Positions 55,327 to 64,000 of a stretch of 64,000 nucleotides of DNA are shown in pieces. Below the pieces are notes generated by a model. The model did not search any database. It saw only the letters and a list, made by a program, of their open reading frames with translations, and had not been told where the DNA came from. Where the stretch lies: contig JBBPIT010000001.1 of the NCBI GenBank assembly GCA_038040175.1, positions 12,161 to 76,160 of the forward strand, in the 5' to 3' direction. The position numbers were made by a program, and so were the translations under genes. This stretch comes from Pseudomonadota bacterium (GTDB lineage Bacteria; Pseudomonadota; Gammaproteobacteria; Burkholderiales; JACQAP01). The first letter of the stretch is position 1; each line of letters begins with the position of its first letter.

Positions 55327-56793
55327 CTACAGCGAAAGACTTTCAGGCGTATGGGCTGCGAGCATATAGCCTTTGGAATAGAAATCGGTCAAATTTCTAT
55401 CCTCTCGCTGATCGAGGGCAGCAACTATCTCATCGATGCGCCGTGCCAAGTCAAGTCCATTTTGACCACCGAAACTTTCACAGTGAACTGTCACCATCAC
55501 CCCATGAAAATCCGCTCGTATTCCCGATTTCGCGTCGATTCTCGATTTGGCGGTATTGGGACTTGACGGGCGGCGGAGCAGCAATTGCAGAATCTTCTTG
55601 AGGACTCGACTAAGCACACGGGGCCTCAACACATATCGAAAAACCGGAGCCGAGAGATTGCGTCGGTCCTTTCGCCATTGTTCCAACTTCTCGTTGCTCC
55701 AGCGTTCTTCGACAAGCTGGAAAGCTTCGTTAACGATTCTGCTCTCTTGGCGAGCAAGGAAGCGATCGAACTGAATCCGCTCTTCCGGCCCCAAACAAGG
55801 ATTGTTTATGTTGATCCCCCGGAATTCGCTCTCAATCCCCGCTATGTACGCGACGAGATCCGGATGGAAACGACCAAAAGTCTCGGGCAATAACCTCCGC
55901 AACAGCGCAAAAGTCTGAGCATGTCCATTGGTCAAGCTTAGCGCTCGGAATTCGAGATCACCGAACAGGTTCTCGGCATGGTGTTCATCGATGAATTCTT
56001 GCAACCGCGTGGTGTTTCCAGCCCGACCGTTTTCTTTGGGGTTGAAACCGGCGGCATTGGAATTTCGAGACCGGCCGCCGTAACCCAACACAGAATCAAA
56101 GTAAAGATAGCGTTCTTGTCCTTCCATCAAAGCCAGCAACAACAGAGGTGCACTGTAATCGGGATACGGCGCGCAAAATAAGCGCCCGACACGTTTGCGT
56201 ACGCGCTGGCCGAGCTCTCTGGAGAAGCAGATTCGTGTCCCCTGTGGGAAACACCTGAGAATATTCAGGCCTGCATATGCGTCGATAACTCGCCAAGGAT
56301 TGATTTCGAAGATCAAGCCAGTATGACTTGCCTCGAACTTAAAGGTATTGGCGCCAGAAAGATCCCAGTCGGGATGCATGTAAAGGCCAGCATCCCAGGA
56401 CGCCAATCCGACAACGATGTGCATAGAGGCTGTATCAATGCCAGTCAATAGTTGAGGGGAGAAAACGTCGTCGTCCGAGTTTACGATGACAAAGTCGCCT
56501 TGCGCATGCTGCCAGGCGAATTCCCAGTGATCAGCCATGGGCAATCTTCGGTCGGTACGCACCGTACGCAACCGCGGGTCGCCTCGAAACCGATCGATCA
56601 CAGAAGAAGTCTCGGGACCAGAGAAGTTGTCCGAGACGATCACCTCGACGTCACTACGGTCGGTCAGAAGGCAGGCGGGCAGCGTCGTGGCCAGAAGATC
56701 TGGCCTATCGCAGGTGGGAATGACGATTGAAAAACGCAGGTTCGATCCCTATCCGAAAAGTGCCAACCGCGATGCCTCGACCGTCAAGACCAT
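55327..56793 (-). CDS. Glycosyltransferase family 2 with extended C-terminal domain; N-terminus interrupted by an in-frame TAG (56749-56751) or using a non-canonical start
   Basis: The frame reads MVLTVEASRLALFG*GSNLRFSIVIPTCDRPDLLATTLPACLLTDRSDVEVIVSDNFSG.... The ORF-track start (56643, GTG) would remove the conserved RFSIVIPTCDRP beta1 motif. Confidence 0.55.
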
Positions 56794-56908
56794 TTTCCTC
56801 TGAACACCATGGGACGACACACCTAGTCTTCACTCGTCTTGCCGAGTCGACGGCACTCGGCAGGCTGGCCATACGGCGGGCGCGCACATGCTACAGGGTT
56901 CCGTGCTC

Positions 56909-58228
56909 TTATGGAATTCCCTTTGTCGGTGCTGGCACGCCTTCGGTCACGGTCTTCCAATGCAAATGGGGTCGCACGACACCTGGTACCGCGCCGCCGT
57001 AGTCGCCACGCATGGACTCACCGTCGATGCTGTCGAACACGTTGAAGGCTACCGCCTCGCGCTCGTGGGCGTGGACTGTTGCCGGGTCCAAGGTGCTGAT
57101 GGCAGCGTCCACGATCAGCGTCCCCTCGCTCAGGAAATTGCCTGGCACAGTCACCCGGCTGACGTAGCGGCCCGCCGGCTTCGGCCGCCCACGCCATTCA
57201 GGATCGGTGTCGCCGGTTACAAACACACATATGCCTTCCTCGTTGTGCAGGTGGAAATTGGGGACCGGAACATATCCGGGCTGCAGCACATCGTAGGCCA
57301 TCTCGATTGTGACTGGGCGGCGGATGTCGATCGCTTCACTGGCTGTGCCGTCAGCGGCGATGACGCTCACCGACCGCAATCGCACCACACGGTCTCCTGG
57401 CGCAGTCGCCTGATCGGGCCAGCTGCGGTGGGCCATGGTGCCAAGGTCGGACCGCAGATAGGCAGCCGTGACCTCGCTTGCCGGTCCGTCGGCTATCACG
57501 CGACCGCGATCGAGGAGGATTGCCCGCGGGCAGAGCCGAGTGATCGCCGTCATACTATGCGAGACGAAAACTACTGTTCGGCCCTCCCGTCCGACCTCGC
57601 CCATCCTGCCGATGCACTTCTTCTGGAAGGTGGAGTCGCCGACGGCAAGAACTTCGTCGACGAGCAGGATCTCCGGCTCCAGCTGTGCGGCCACGGCGAA
57701 GGCGAGGCGCATGTGCATGCCGGTGGAGTACCGCTTCACCGGCGTATCAATGAACTGTTCCACTTCGGCGAACCCGACGATTTCGTCGAACTTGCGCCGC
57801 ACCTCGCGTCGCCCCATGCCGAGGATCGCGCCGTTGAGATAGACGTTCTCTCGCCCCGTCAATTCGGGATGAAAGCCGGTCCCAACTTCGAGTAACGATC
57901 CGACCCGGCCGCGTAGAAACGCCCGTCCGGTGGTCGGCTCGATGATGCGCGACAGAATCTTCAGCAACGTACTCTTGCCTGCGCCGTTCCGCCCGATCAG
58001 CCCGACCACCTCGCCCGGCGCGATTTCGAAGCTGGCATCCGTGAGCGCCCAGAACTCCTCTCGCTCGGGACGAGGGAACGGCGCCCGCCCGGAGACCAGA
58101 CGGACCAACGCACGAAATGGCGCCGCGGCTGCCCGCGTCAACGTGTCCCGCAACGCCTTGTATCGCTCCCTCTCGCCGAGGTGGAATTTCTTCCCGAGGC
58201 CCTCGGCGCGGATGGCAAACCCGCTCAT
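56909..58228 (-). CDS. wzt: O-antigen ABC transporter ATP-binding protein Wzt with C-terminal extension
   Basis: GRNGAGKSTLLK (Walker A), YSTGMHMRL (signature) and LLVDEVLAVGD (Walker B), plus an extra C-terminal domain of about 190 aa. Confidence 0.85.
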   Translation of the reverse strand: MSGFAIRAEGLGKKFHLGERERYKALRDTLTRAAAAPFRALVRLVSGRAPFPRPEREEFWALTDASFEIAPGEVVGLIGRNGAGKSTLLKILSRIIEPTTGRAFLRGRVGSLLEVGTGFHPELTGRENVYLNGAILGMGRREVRRKFDEIVGFAEVEQFIDTPVKRYSTGMHMRLAFAVAAQLEPEILLVDEVLAVGDSTFQKKCIGRMGEVGREGRTVVFVSHSMTAITRLCPRAILLDRGRVIADGPASEVTAAYLRSDLGTMAHRSWPDQATAPGDRVVRLRSVSVIAADGTASEAIDIRRPVTIEMAYDVLQPGYVPVPNFHLHNEEGICVFVTGDTDPEWRGRPKPAGRYVSRVTVPGNFLSEGTLIVDAAISTLDPATVHAHEREAVAFNVFDSIDGESMRGDYGGAVPGVVRPHLHWKTVTEGVPAPTKGIP

Positions 58229-58232
58229 CGGG

Positions 58233-59087
58233 TCAGATCCTATCGGCCATTTCCCGCTCGACGTGCCGGAAATAGGCCATGCCAGACAGCAACACGATGA
58301 AGACCGTGGCGGTGGAGACCAACAGCATCAGCGGCTCAGGTGCCGTCGCGCCGCCGAGCACAGCCCAGCGGAACGACTCCGTGACAGTCACCATCGGGTT
58401 CATCGCATAGAGCAGCCGCCACTTCTCAGGGATGACCGAGGCTGGATAGAGAACCGGCGTGAGGAACAGCCAGATCTGGGCCAGGAACGGCAGCACGAAC
58501 TGGACGTCTCGATACAGGACGTTCAGAGCCGAAAGCCACAGCGCGACACCCAGCGAGGTCAGCAGCGCAAGGGCCAACAGCGCCGGCGTCAGCAGAATCT
58601 GCCAGCTGGGCACGAATCCAAACCACATCATCATCGCCAGCAGAATCACGAAAGTGATGCCGAAATCGACCGCACCACCGAACACCGCGGCGGCGGGCAT
58701 CAGGATACGTGGGAAATAGACTTTGGTAACCAGCGACCGGTTGCCCGCGAGGCTCATGCTGCCTTCGACCAGTGACCGGGAAAACACCTGCCAGGGCACC
58801 ATGGCGGCGAAGGCGAACAGCGGATACGGCAGACCGCCGGTCGGCACGTTGCCGAGCTTGCCGAGTAGAAAGGAAAAGACCGCGACCGTGGCCAGCGGCT
58901 GGACGACCACCCAGGCGATGCCGATGGCGGTCTGCTTGTAGCGTACGGCAACGTCGCGCACTATCAAGGCGACGAACAACTCGCGCCAGAGCCAGAGTTC
59001 GAACGGATCGACCAGCCTCAGGCCTCGCGTCGGCGCGATCACGTGCACGTCGCTGTGCGGAATATGCTTTTTAGTCTTGGAAATCAA
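58233..59087 (-). CDS. wzm: O-antigen ABC-2 transporter permease Wzm
   Basis: LWRELFVALIVRDVAVRYKQTAIGIAWVVVQP and six TM segments. The TTG start at 59087 is uncertain. Confidence 0.85.
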   Translation of the reverse strand: MISKTKKHIPHSDVHVIAPTRGLRLVDPFELWLWRELFVALIVRDVAVRYKQTAIGIAWVVVQPLATVAVFSFLLGKLGNVPTGGLPYPLFAFAAMVPWQVFSRSLVEGSMSLAGNRSLVTKVYFPRILMPAAAVFGGAVDFGITFVILLAMMMWFGFVPSWQILLTPALLALALLTSLGVALWLSALNVLYRDVQFVLPFLAQIWLFLTPVLYPASVIPEKWRLLYAMNPMVTVTESFRWAVLGGATAPEPLMLLVSTATVFIVLLSGMAYFRHVEREMADRI

Positions 59088-59120
59088 GTAGCGGTCGCCG
59101 CAAGAAAAAATACTTCAGTC

Positions 59121-59142
59121 TAGGATTACCGTAGGATTACCG
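59121..59142. repeat. Perfect 2 x 11-bp tandem repeat TAGGATTACCG upstream of wzm
   Basis: TAGGATTACCGTAGGATTACCG, 34-55 nt upstream of the wzm start. Confidence 0.8.
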
Positions 59143-59179
59143 GGAGCTCATGATGCAATTCCTTAGGTGATGATAAGGA

Positions 59180-59926
59180 TCAGTAAATCCGCTTAAGGTA
59201 ACCATCCGGCGCCACAGTAATCAGCAGCTTGCTCTCAATCATCTTATCGATTTTGAAGTTCAGCGCCTGACCATCGGCTGCCAGGCGCCCTTCTTCCTTC
59301 AACCGACAAAGATATTCCTGTACTGCGGTCTTCGGATTGTTACCTCTTCCCCACGGCCGATCTACGAAAGTTCCATCAGGTAGATCGTCGATGATCGTAT
59401 CGAATACCACACAGTAGCTGCCGGCGCTCACGAGTGGGGCATAAGCCTCGAGTTCCAACAACACATGCTCATGAGTGTGGTTGGAATCAAGGCAGACCAG
59501 AATAACTTCGTAACCGCGGGCCTTCTCGTGCACCCAGGCAACGACCTCCGGTGCAATCGACGAGCCCTGGAACATCTCGATGCGGTTGGCTAATGGGTGT
59601 GCCTCGATGGCGGCGCGATTGTGAGAACGGATGTCGATATCGATACCAAGAACGCGACGCCTTGGTTTCCTTGGATCGAGCGACTGACCTCGGCTCATTG
59701 CGTCGCAGTAATCGAGCAGAGCGAGCATCGAGGCGCTGAAGATCAGTGAACCCCCATGAGCAATACCGGTCTCGATGATCAAGTCCGGCTTAACTGACCA
59801 GATCACTTCCTGCATTGCGACCACATCCTGAGGATATTGGATGATGGGGCGGGACAGCCAGGAGAATCCATAGGAGTACTTCTCGGCGAGCGTAGCGTCG
59901 ATAAAGGCAAGGCCCCGCTTATCCAT
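59180..59926 (-). CDS. CmcI/cephalosporin-hydroxylase-family methyltransferase (sugar O-methyltransferase-like)
   Basis: Trimmed to MDKRGLAFID.... WLSRPIIQYPQDVVAMQEVIWSVKPDLIIETGIAHGGSLIF. Confidence 0.75.
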   Translation of the reverse strand: MDKRGLAFIDATLAEKYSYGFSWLSRPIIQYPQDVVAMQEVIWSVKPDLIIETGIAHGGSLIFSASMLALLDYCDAMSRGQSLDPRKPRRRVLGIDIDIRSHNRAAIEAHPLANRIEMFQGSSIAPEVVAWVHEKARGYEVILVCLDSNHTHEHVLLELEAYAPLVSAGSYCVVFDTIIDDLPDGTFVDRPWGRGNNPKTAVQEYLCRLKEEGRLAADGQALNFKIDKMIESKLLITVAPDGYLKRIY

Positions 59927-59928
59927 AA

Positions 59929-60699
59929 TCACTTCTTTCTCAAACAAAGCATTCGCACCGGACCATATTCGCCGCAAAACGGCAGTGCACTCGCATATCG
60001 ATGGTGGTCATCGAAGTAGTCAGGTTGCATCGCCTTATCTTGGCAGATCTTGGCATAGATGATCCGACTAACGAGATAGTAGGTGCTGCTGATATTGGTT
60101 TCATCGATAACCTCGAATCGCGGCTTTATGTACTCGAACAATCTAGACCGCTCAAAGAAGAGATTGTGGCTTCTTACGGGGATGGGTGGCAACCCAAACG
60201 CTTCTCGCAACTGGTTGAAGTTCTCGTGCCCCTCGATAAAGTTCTCGATCATCACATAGATGCCGCCACTACTCAGGGCACCACGGATGTTCTCTATTGC
60301 TCCCCGCTGCAACTCCCAACTGGGCAGATTAATCAGGCAACGCGTGGTATACAGCAAATCGAGATCTCTGCCGTGCATAGGTCGGGTGATGTCGCAACTC
60401 TCAATGCGAACGTTTTGCAGTTTGGTCGCAGCTAAATTGGCTTCGGCGTTCCTAAGCATCGAGCTCGAGTAGTCGCCACCAAGAAACTCGATATCTGGAA
60501 ACGCGGATGCAAGCCTGATAGTCGTCCAGGCGTCACCACATCCGACATCCATTACTCCGCGCGGCCGATGCTTGGCGATTGCGTCCAGCAGTGCTCGAAC
60601 CTCTACCTCTCTCAAGTAGTAGTCCTGGGTTGTGGACTGTGTGCTGGTATCCGCCGCCGCTCTCTGTTCCCAGTATTGCTTGATCTGTTCAAAATCCAT
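59929..60699 (-). CDS. Class I SAM-dependent methyltransferase
   Basis: VMDVGCGDAWTTIRLA ... LSSGGIYVMIE. Confidence 0.75.
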   Translation of the reverse strand: MDFEQIKQYWEQRAAADTSTQSTTQDYYLREVEVRALLDAIAKHRPRGVMDVGCGDAWTTIRLASAFPDIEFLGGDYSSSMLRNAEANLAATKLQNVRIESCDITRPMHGRDLDLLYTTRCLINLPSWELQRGAIENIRGALSSGGIYVMIENFIEGHENFNQLREAFGLPPIPVRSHNLFFERSRLFEYIKPRFEVIDETNISSTYYLVSRIIYAKICQDKAMQPDYFDDHHRYASALPFCGEYGPVRMLCLRKK

Positions 60700-60717
60700 A
60701 TTTCCTTTCCCGCACGC

Positions 60718-61818
60718 TCAAATCAAAGAACACCTCACCGTTTCGATCACACGATCCATTTGAGTTTCCGACAAATCGTGGTACGTCGGCAGATTGATTG
60801 CACGCTTGTAGAGCCCATAGCTCACCACGTTTTCGGGCTTCGCCTCGAACATAGGCAGCATGCTTAGCGGCCAGAAGAACACCCGACCGTCGATTTCATT
60901 TTTCTTGAATTCAGCAAGCAAGGTTTCGCGATTGAAAGGAATGCCATCGTCAACGACGATGGTTGGCATCCAGAATCCATTGATGGTACCCGTCGGCTCC
61001 GGATTCATCGCTAGCGGAAGTTCTGAAAGCTTCTCGGCGTAGTACTCGAAGACCCGCCGCTTGCCGGCGATGAGTTCTTCAATACGTTCCATCTGGGCGC
61101 AGCCGATGGCAGCCTGAATGTTGGACATTCTGTATTTGAACCCTATCTTATCGGGCCAGAATTGCTTCATCTGTCCACGCGCTCGTCCGTGATTGCTGAG
61201 TGTGAGCAGTTTTTCGTAAAGGGCGCTGTCTTGCGTGACAAGCATGCCGCCCTCGCCGGTGGTGACGGTTTTGCTGCCATGGAAAGAGAATGTGCCGAAT
61301 GTGCCCATCGAACCGGCACGCTTGCCATGCCAGACGGATCCTAGCGCCTCGGCAGCATCCTCGACGATAGGAACGCCATGTCTTGCGCCAATGTCCAGCA
61401 GGGTATCCATGTCGCACAGGTTGCCGTAGAGATGCACAGCGATGATGGCTTTGGTGCACGCAGTGATGGCGGCTTCGGCCTTGGCGGGATTGATGCACCA
61501 GCTATCCAGCAGGACGTCGACGAATACCGGCTTGGCGCCGAGATAAGTGATGGGCGCGGCCGAGGCAATCCAATTGGTGTCGGCAATGATGACTTCATCG
61601 CCCGGGCCGATATCAAGTGCTGCAAGGCCCATATGCAGCGCTCCAGTGCAACTGGACGTGGCGATGGCATGCTTCACGCCGAGGTGCTCACGAAACAGCG
61701 TTTCGAAGCGCCCGATGTATTCGTAGCACCGCTCACCCCAACCGTTGGCAGCGGCGTCGGTTGCGTAACGTATTTCCCGTTCAGTGATCGAGGGTTTGGT
61801 GTAGTAGATGCGGGACAT
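60718..61818 (-). CDS. DegT/DnrJ/EryC1/StrS-family PLP-dependent sugar aminotransferase
   Basis: KHAIATSSCTGALHMGLAAL...EDAAEALGS...FSFHGSKTVTTGEGG (catalytic Lys present). Confidence 0.85.
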   Translation of the reverse strand: MSRIYYTKPSITEREIRYATDAAANGWGERCYEYIGRFETLFREHLGVKHAIATSSCTGALHMGLAALDIGPGDEVIIADTNWIASAAPITYLGAKPVFVDVLLDSWCINPAKAEAAITACTKAIIAVHLYGNLCDMDTLLDIGARHGVPIVEDAAEALGSVWHGKRAGSMGTFGTFSFHGSKTVTTGEGGMLVTQDSALYEKLLTLSNHGRARGQMKQFWPDKIGFKYRMSNIQAAIGCAQMERIEELIAGKRRVFEYYAEKLSELPLAMNPEPTGTINGFWMPTIVVDDGIPFNRETLLAEFKKNEIDGRVFFWPLSMLPMFEAKPENVVSYGLYKRAINLPTYHDLSETQMDRVIETVRCSLI

Positions 61819-61831
61819 GGATTTTCTCGGC

Positions 61832-63055
61832 TTACATGAAGCTCAATTTGGGTACCGCAGTCACAAACCTCCCACCCCACTCTCGTACCGCCGCCTGCTG
61901 CCGCATTATTTCATCAGCGATGTTCCAGGGCAGGATCAGCACCCAGTCGGGCTTGCGCTCGGCCAGGGCGGATGGCGGCAGAATGGGGATATGGCTGCCT
62001 GGCATGAATTTACCCTGCTTCGATGGCGCTGCATCGCAGACATAAGGTAGCAAATCGGGCTTGATGCCGGCGTAGTTGAGTAGGGTATTGCCCTTGGCGG
62101 CAGCGCCGTAGGCCGCTATCGTTTTGCCTTGGCGCTTTTGTTCGAGCAGAAAGGTGAGAAGATTGTCTCTGACTTGATTGGCACGTGTCTGAAATGCCTG
62201 GTAAGCCTCCAGACTCCGTAATCCGTACCGGTGTTCCTGATCGAGCAAGGTCGTCACGGCCGGTGTGGGTATGCACGGGTCATTCGCATGACAGCCATAG
62301 ACGCGCAGGCTACCGCCATGGGTGGACAGTTGTTCCACATCGCAGACCTTGAGGCCAGCCTGAACGAAGATACGGCTCGCGGTGTACAACGACAAGTAGG
62401 AAAAATGCTCGTGATAGACGGTGTCGAACTGTGTTCCTTCGATCAGGCGCAGCAAGTGCGGGAATTCCAGCGTGATGGTGCCGCCGGGCTTGAGCAAGGC
62501 CTTGAGGCCGGAGGTGAAGCCGTTGATATCTGGCACATGGGCATAGACGTTATTGCCAATGATCAGATCAGCCTGCTTACCCTCGCCTGCGAGGCGATCG
62601 GCCAGGGTCTTGCCAAAAAACTCGCGCACCACCGGTATGCCCAGCACTGTTGCCGCTGCTGCGGTGTCTGCCGTGGGTTCGATGCCGAGACAGGGAATGC
62701 CGGAAGCGACAAAGTTCTTGAGCAAGTAGCCGTCGTTGGAGCCAACTTCGATAACAAGACTCTTTTCATTTAACCCCAGTCGCTCGCGGATCATGGTGCT
62801 GTAACACGCAGCGTTATCTAGCCAACTGGTTGAGTTGGACGAAAAATAGGCATAGTCGTGGCCGAAGAGTTCGTCGGCCCGGGCATAGTCCTCGGTCTGC
62901 ACCAGCCAGCAGTGATTGCACACATATAGTTTGAGCGGCAATGTCAGTTCGGATTTGTGCAAGTCCACAGAGTTCAGATATGCATTTGAAGGGGGCGCAA
63001 ACCCCAGGTCGACGAAGACGTGCCTGAGCGGGGCCTGGCAGTGGCGACATTTCAT
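61832..63055 (-). CDS. Nucleotide-sugar C-methyltransferase (TylCIII-like: Zn-ribbon + SAM MT + C-methyltransferase C-terminal domain)
   Basis: MKCRHCQAPL...CNHCWLVQ (Zn ribbon), VIEVGSNDGYLL, HEHFSYLS. Confidence 0.8.
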   Translation of the reverse strand: MKCRHCQAPLRHVFVDLGFAPPSNAYLNSVDLHKSELTLPLKLYVCNHCWLVQTEDYARADELFGHDYAYFSSNSTSWLDNAACYSTMIRERLGLNEKSLVIEVGSNDGYLLKNFVASGIPCLGIEPTADTAAAATVLGIPVVREFFGKTLADRLAGEGKQADLIIGNNVYAHVPDINGFTSGLKALLKPGGTITLEFPHLLRLIEGTQFDTVYHEHFSYLSLYTASRIFVQAGLKVCDVEQLSTHGGSLRVYGCHANDPCIPTPAVTTLLDQEHRYGLRSLEAYQAFQTRANQVRDNLLTFLLEQKRQGKTIAAYGAAAKGNTLLNYAGIKPDLLPYVCDAAPSKQGKFMPGSHIPILPPSALAERKPDWVLILPWNIADEIMRQQAAVREWGGRFVTAVPKLSFM

Positions 63056-63615
63056 ACTGCAATTCCGGAGAACTCTTTGGCTAGCAACGGGTGTTTTTGG
63101 TCTCGCTCAGACAGATCAACAACGGGCAATGGCCATCGAATATTGATCATCGGATCGCTGTAACGGACTGCGCCTTCGGATAACTTTTCATATGGCGCGG
63201 TATGCAAATAAAGCAATTCGCTGCCTGTTTCCAGAATTTGAAAGCCATGGGCGCAGCCTTCTGGGATGACCAGCATGCGGGCGTTCTTTGGGGTGAGTTC
63301 TTCAGCACGCCATTGCAGGAAGGATGGTGAGTTTTTCCTGAGATCGACCGCCACATCCCACACCCTTCCATTGAGGCAGCGCACAAGTTTCATTTCTGCG
63401 TGCGGCGGGTGTTGGTAGTGGAGTCCACGGATCGCACCGACTGCTTCGGTGCGCGAGTGGTTGATTTGCACGATGCGGCGCCCGTTGAGGATAACGTTCA
63501 ATTCTCCCTCGCAGAAAAGACGAGTTAAAGCGCCTCGATGGTCGGTAACGGGGGTGGTTTCGACAACGTCAACACCTTTTATGGCGGTATGCAGGATTTT
63601 CACCCCAGTATCCAT
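63052..63615 (-). CDS. RmlC-like cupin nucleotide-sugar 3,5-(or 3-/5-)epimerase
   Basis: Trimmed to MDTGVKILHTAIKGVDVVE.... DHRGALTRLF...IRGLHYQ...VPEGCAHGFQ. Confidence 0.75.
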   Translation of the reverse strand: MDTGVKILHTAIKGVDVVETTPVTDHRGALTRLFCEGELNVILNGRRIVQINHSRTEAVGAIRGLHYQHPPHAEMKLVRCLNGRVWDVAVDLRKNSPSFLQWRAEELTPKNARMLVIPEGCAHGFQILETGSELLYLHTAPYEKLSEGAVRYSDPMINIRWPLPVVDLSERDQKHPLLAKEFSGIAV

Positions 63616-64000
63616 CCCCGATGAGTGACCTGCGCCTGTGCGATGTAGCCATGCAGTTGTTGATGGCTGATGACCTTGCCCTGTTGGTAGGCGCGATACC
63701 ACTGCGCCGTGGCGGACAGTCCTTCATCCAGCGACCATACTGGCTGCCAGCCAAGCTGTTGGCGTGCTTTGGTACTGTCCAGTTGCAACAGCGTGGCTTC
63801 GTGCTGTTGCGGTCGTGCGGTCTGCCGCCAGCTGAGCATGGGCCATTCTGATTTAAGCGAATTTAGAACACTTTCGACAGTACGATTGCCCTCTTGGTCA
63901 GAGCCGAAGTTCCAGGCTGTGGCGAATTCCTCTTTTCCTTCGAGCAGTTTCTGCCCGAGCATCAAGTAGCCCGAGAGCGATTCCAGTACGTGCTGCCAGG
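63600..64000 (-). CDS. rfbG: CDP-glucose 4,6-dehydratase, 3' part (5' end beyond the window)
   Basis: ...HVLESLSGYLMLGQKLLEGKEEFATAWNFG...HEATLLQLDSTKARQQLGWQPVW...TAQWY. Confidence 0.8.
   Translation of the reverse strand, partial: WQHVLESLSGYLMLGQKLLEGKEEFATAWNFGSDQEGNRTVESVLNSLKSEWPMLSWRQTARPQQHEATLLQLDSTKARQQLGWQPVWSLDEGLSATAQWYRAYQQGKVISHQQLHGYIAQAQVTHRGWILG

Overview
High-GC chromosomal segment with betaproteobacterium-like synteny (trmL / gpsA-secB-grxC-rhodanese / gpmA-envC-ctpA-moeB / slmA-argB / dacC-dat-ybeD-lipB-lipA). No rRNA, tRNA, CRISPR array or prophage was recognised. Four blocks stand out. (1) nt 331-12265, minus strand: an MSHA-type type IV pilus operon in the order mshE-G-F-B-A-C-D-O-P-Q-I. 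MshQ is very large and internally repeated, and a decayed transposase fragment sits at the window edge. (2) nt 25695-27638: a bufferin-type RiPP operon with a small 6-Cys precursor, an MNIO/DUF692 enzyme and a DUF2063 partner. The precursor appears to carry a lipoprotein signal peptide, an intrinsic terminator follows the precursor gene, and a PCu(A)C copper chaperone gene lies convergent to the operon. (3) nt 14282-14570: an IS5-like MITE inserted exactly in the CTAG that contains the secB stop codon. (4) nt 33362-64000: a polysaccharide super-locus of about 30 kb. It joins LPS-core/WaaL genes, a WbpM/WbpL UDP-2-acetamido-L-sugar cassette with a Wzy-like polymerase, and a visibly lower-GC Wzm/Wzt (ABC) O-antigen cassette. 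The ABC cassette includes a CDP-hexose branch (4,6-dehydratase, RmlC-like epimerase, C-methyltransferase, aminotransferase, two more methyltransferases). The window also holds several disabled or scarred genes: an hsp20 relic, a frameshifted tlpA-like gene, a DUF5615 toxin with an in-frame TGA, a GT2 with an in-frame TAG, a chimeric epimerase/GT relic, and a 34-bp direct repeat bracketing a toxin-antitoxin module. All functional calls come from reading the translations and recalling family motifs. No database search was run.
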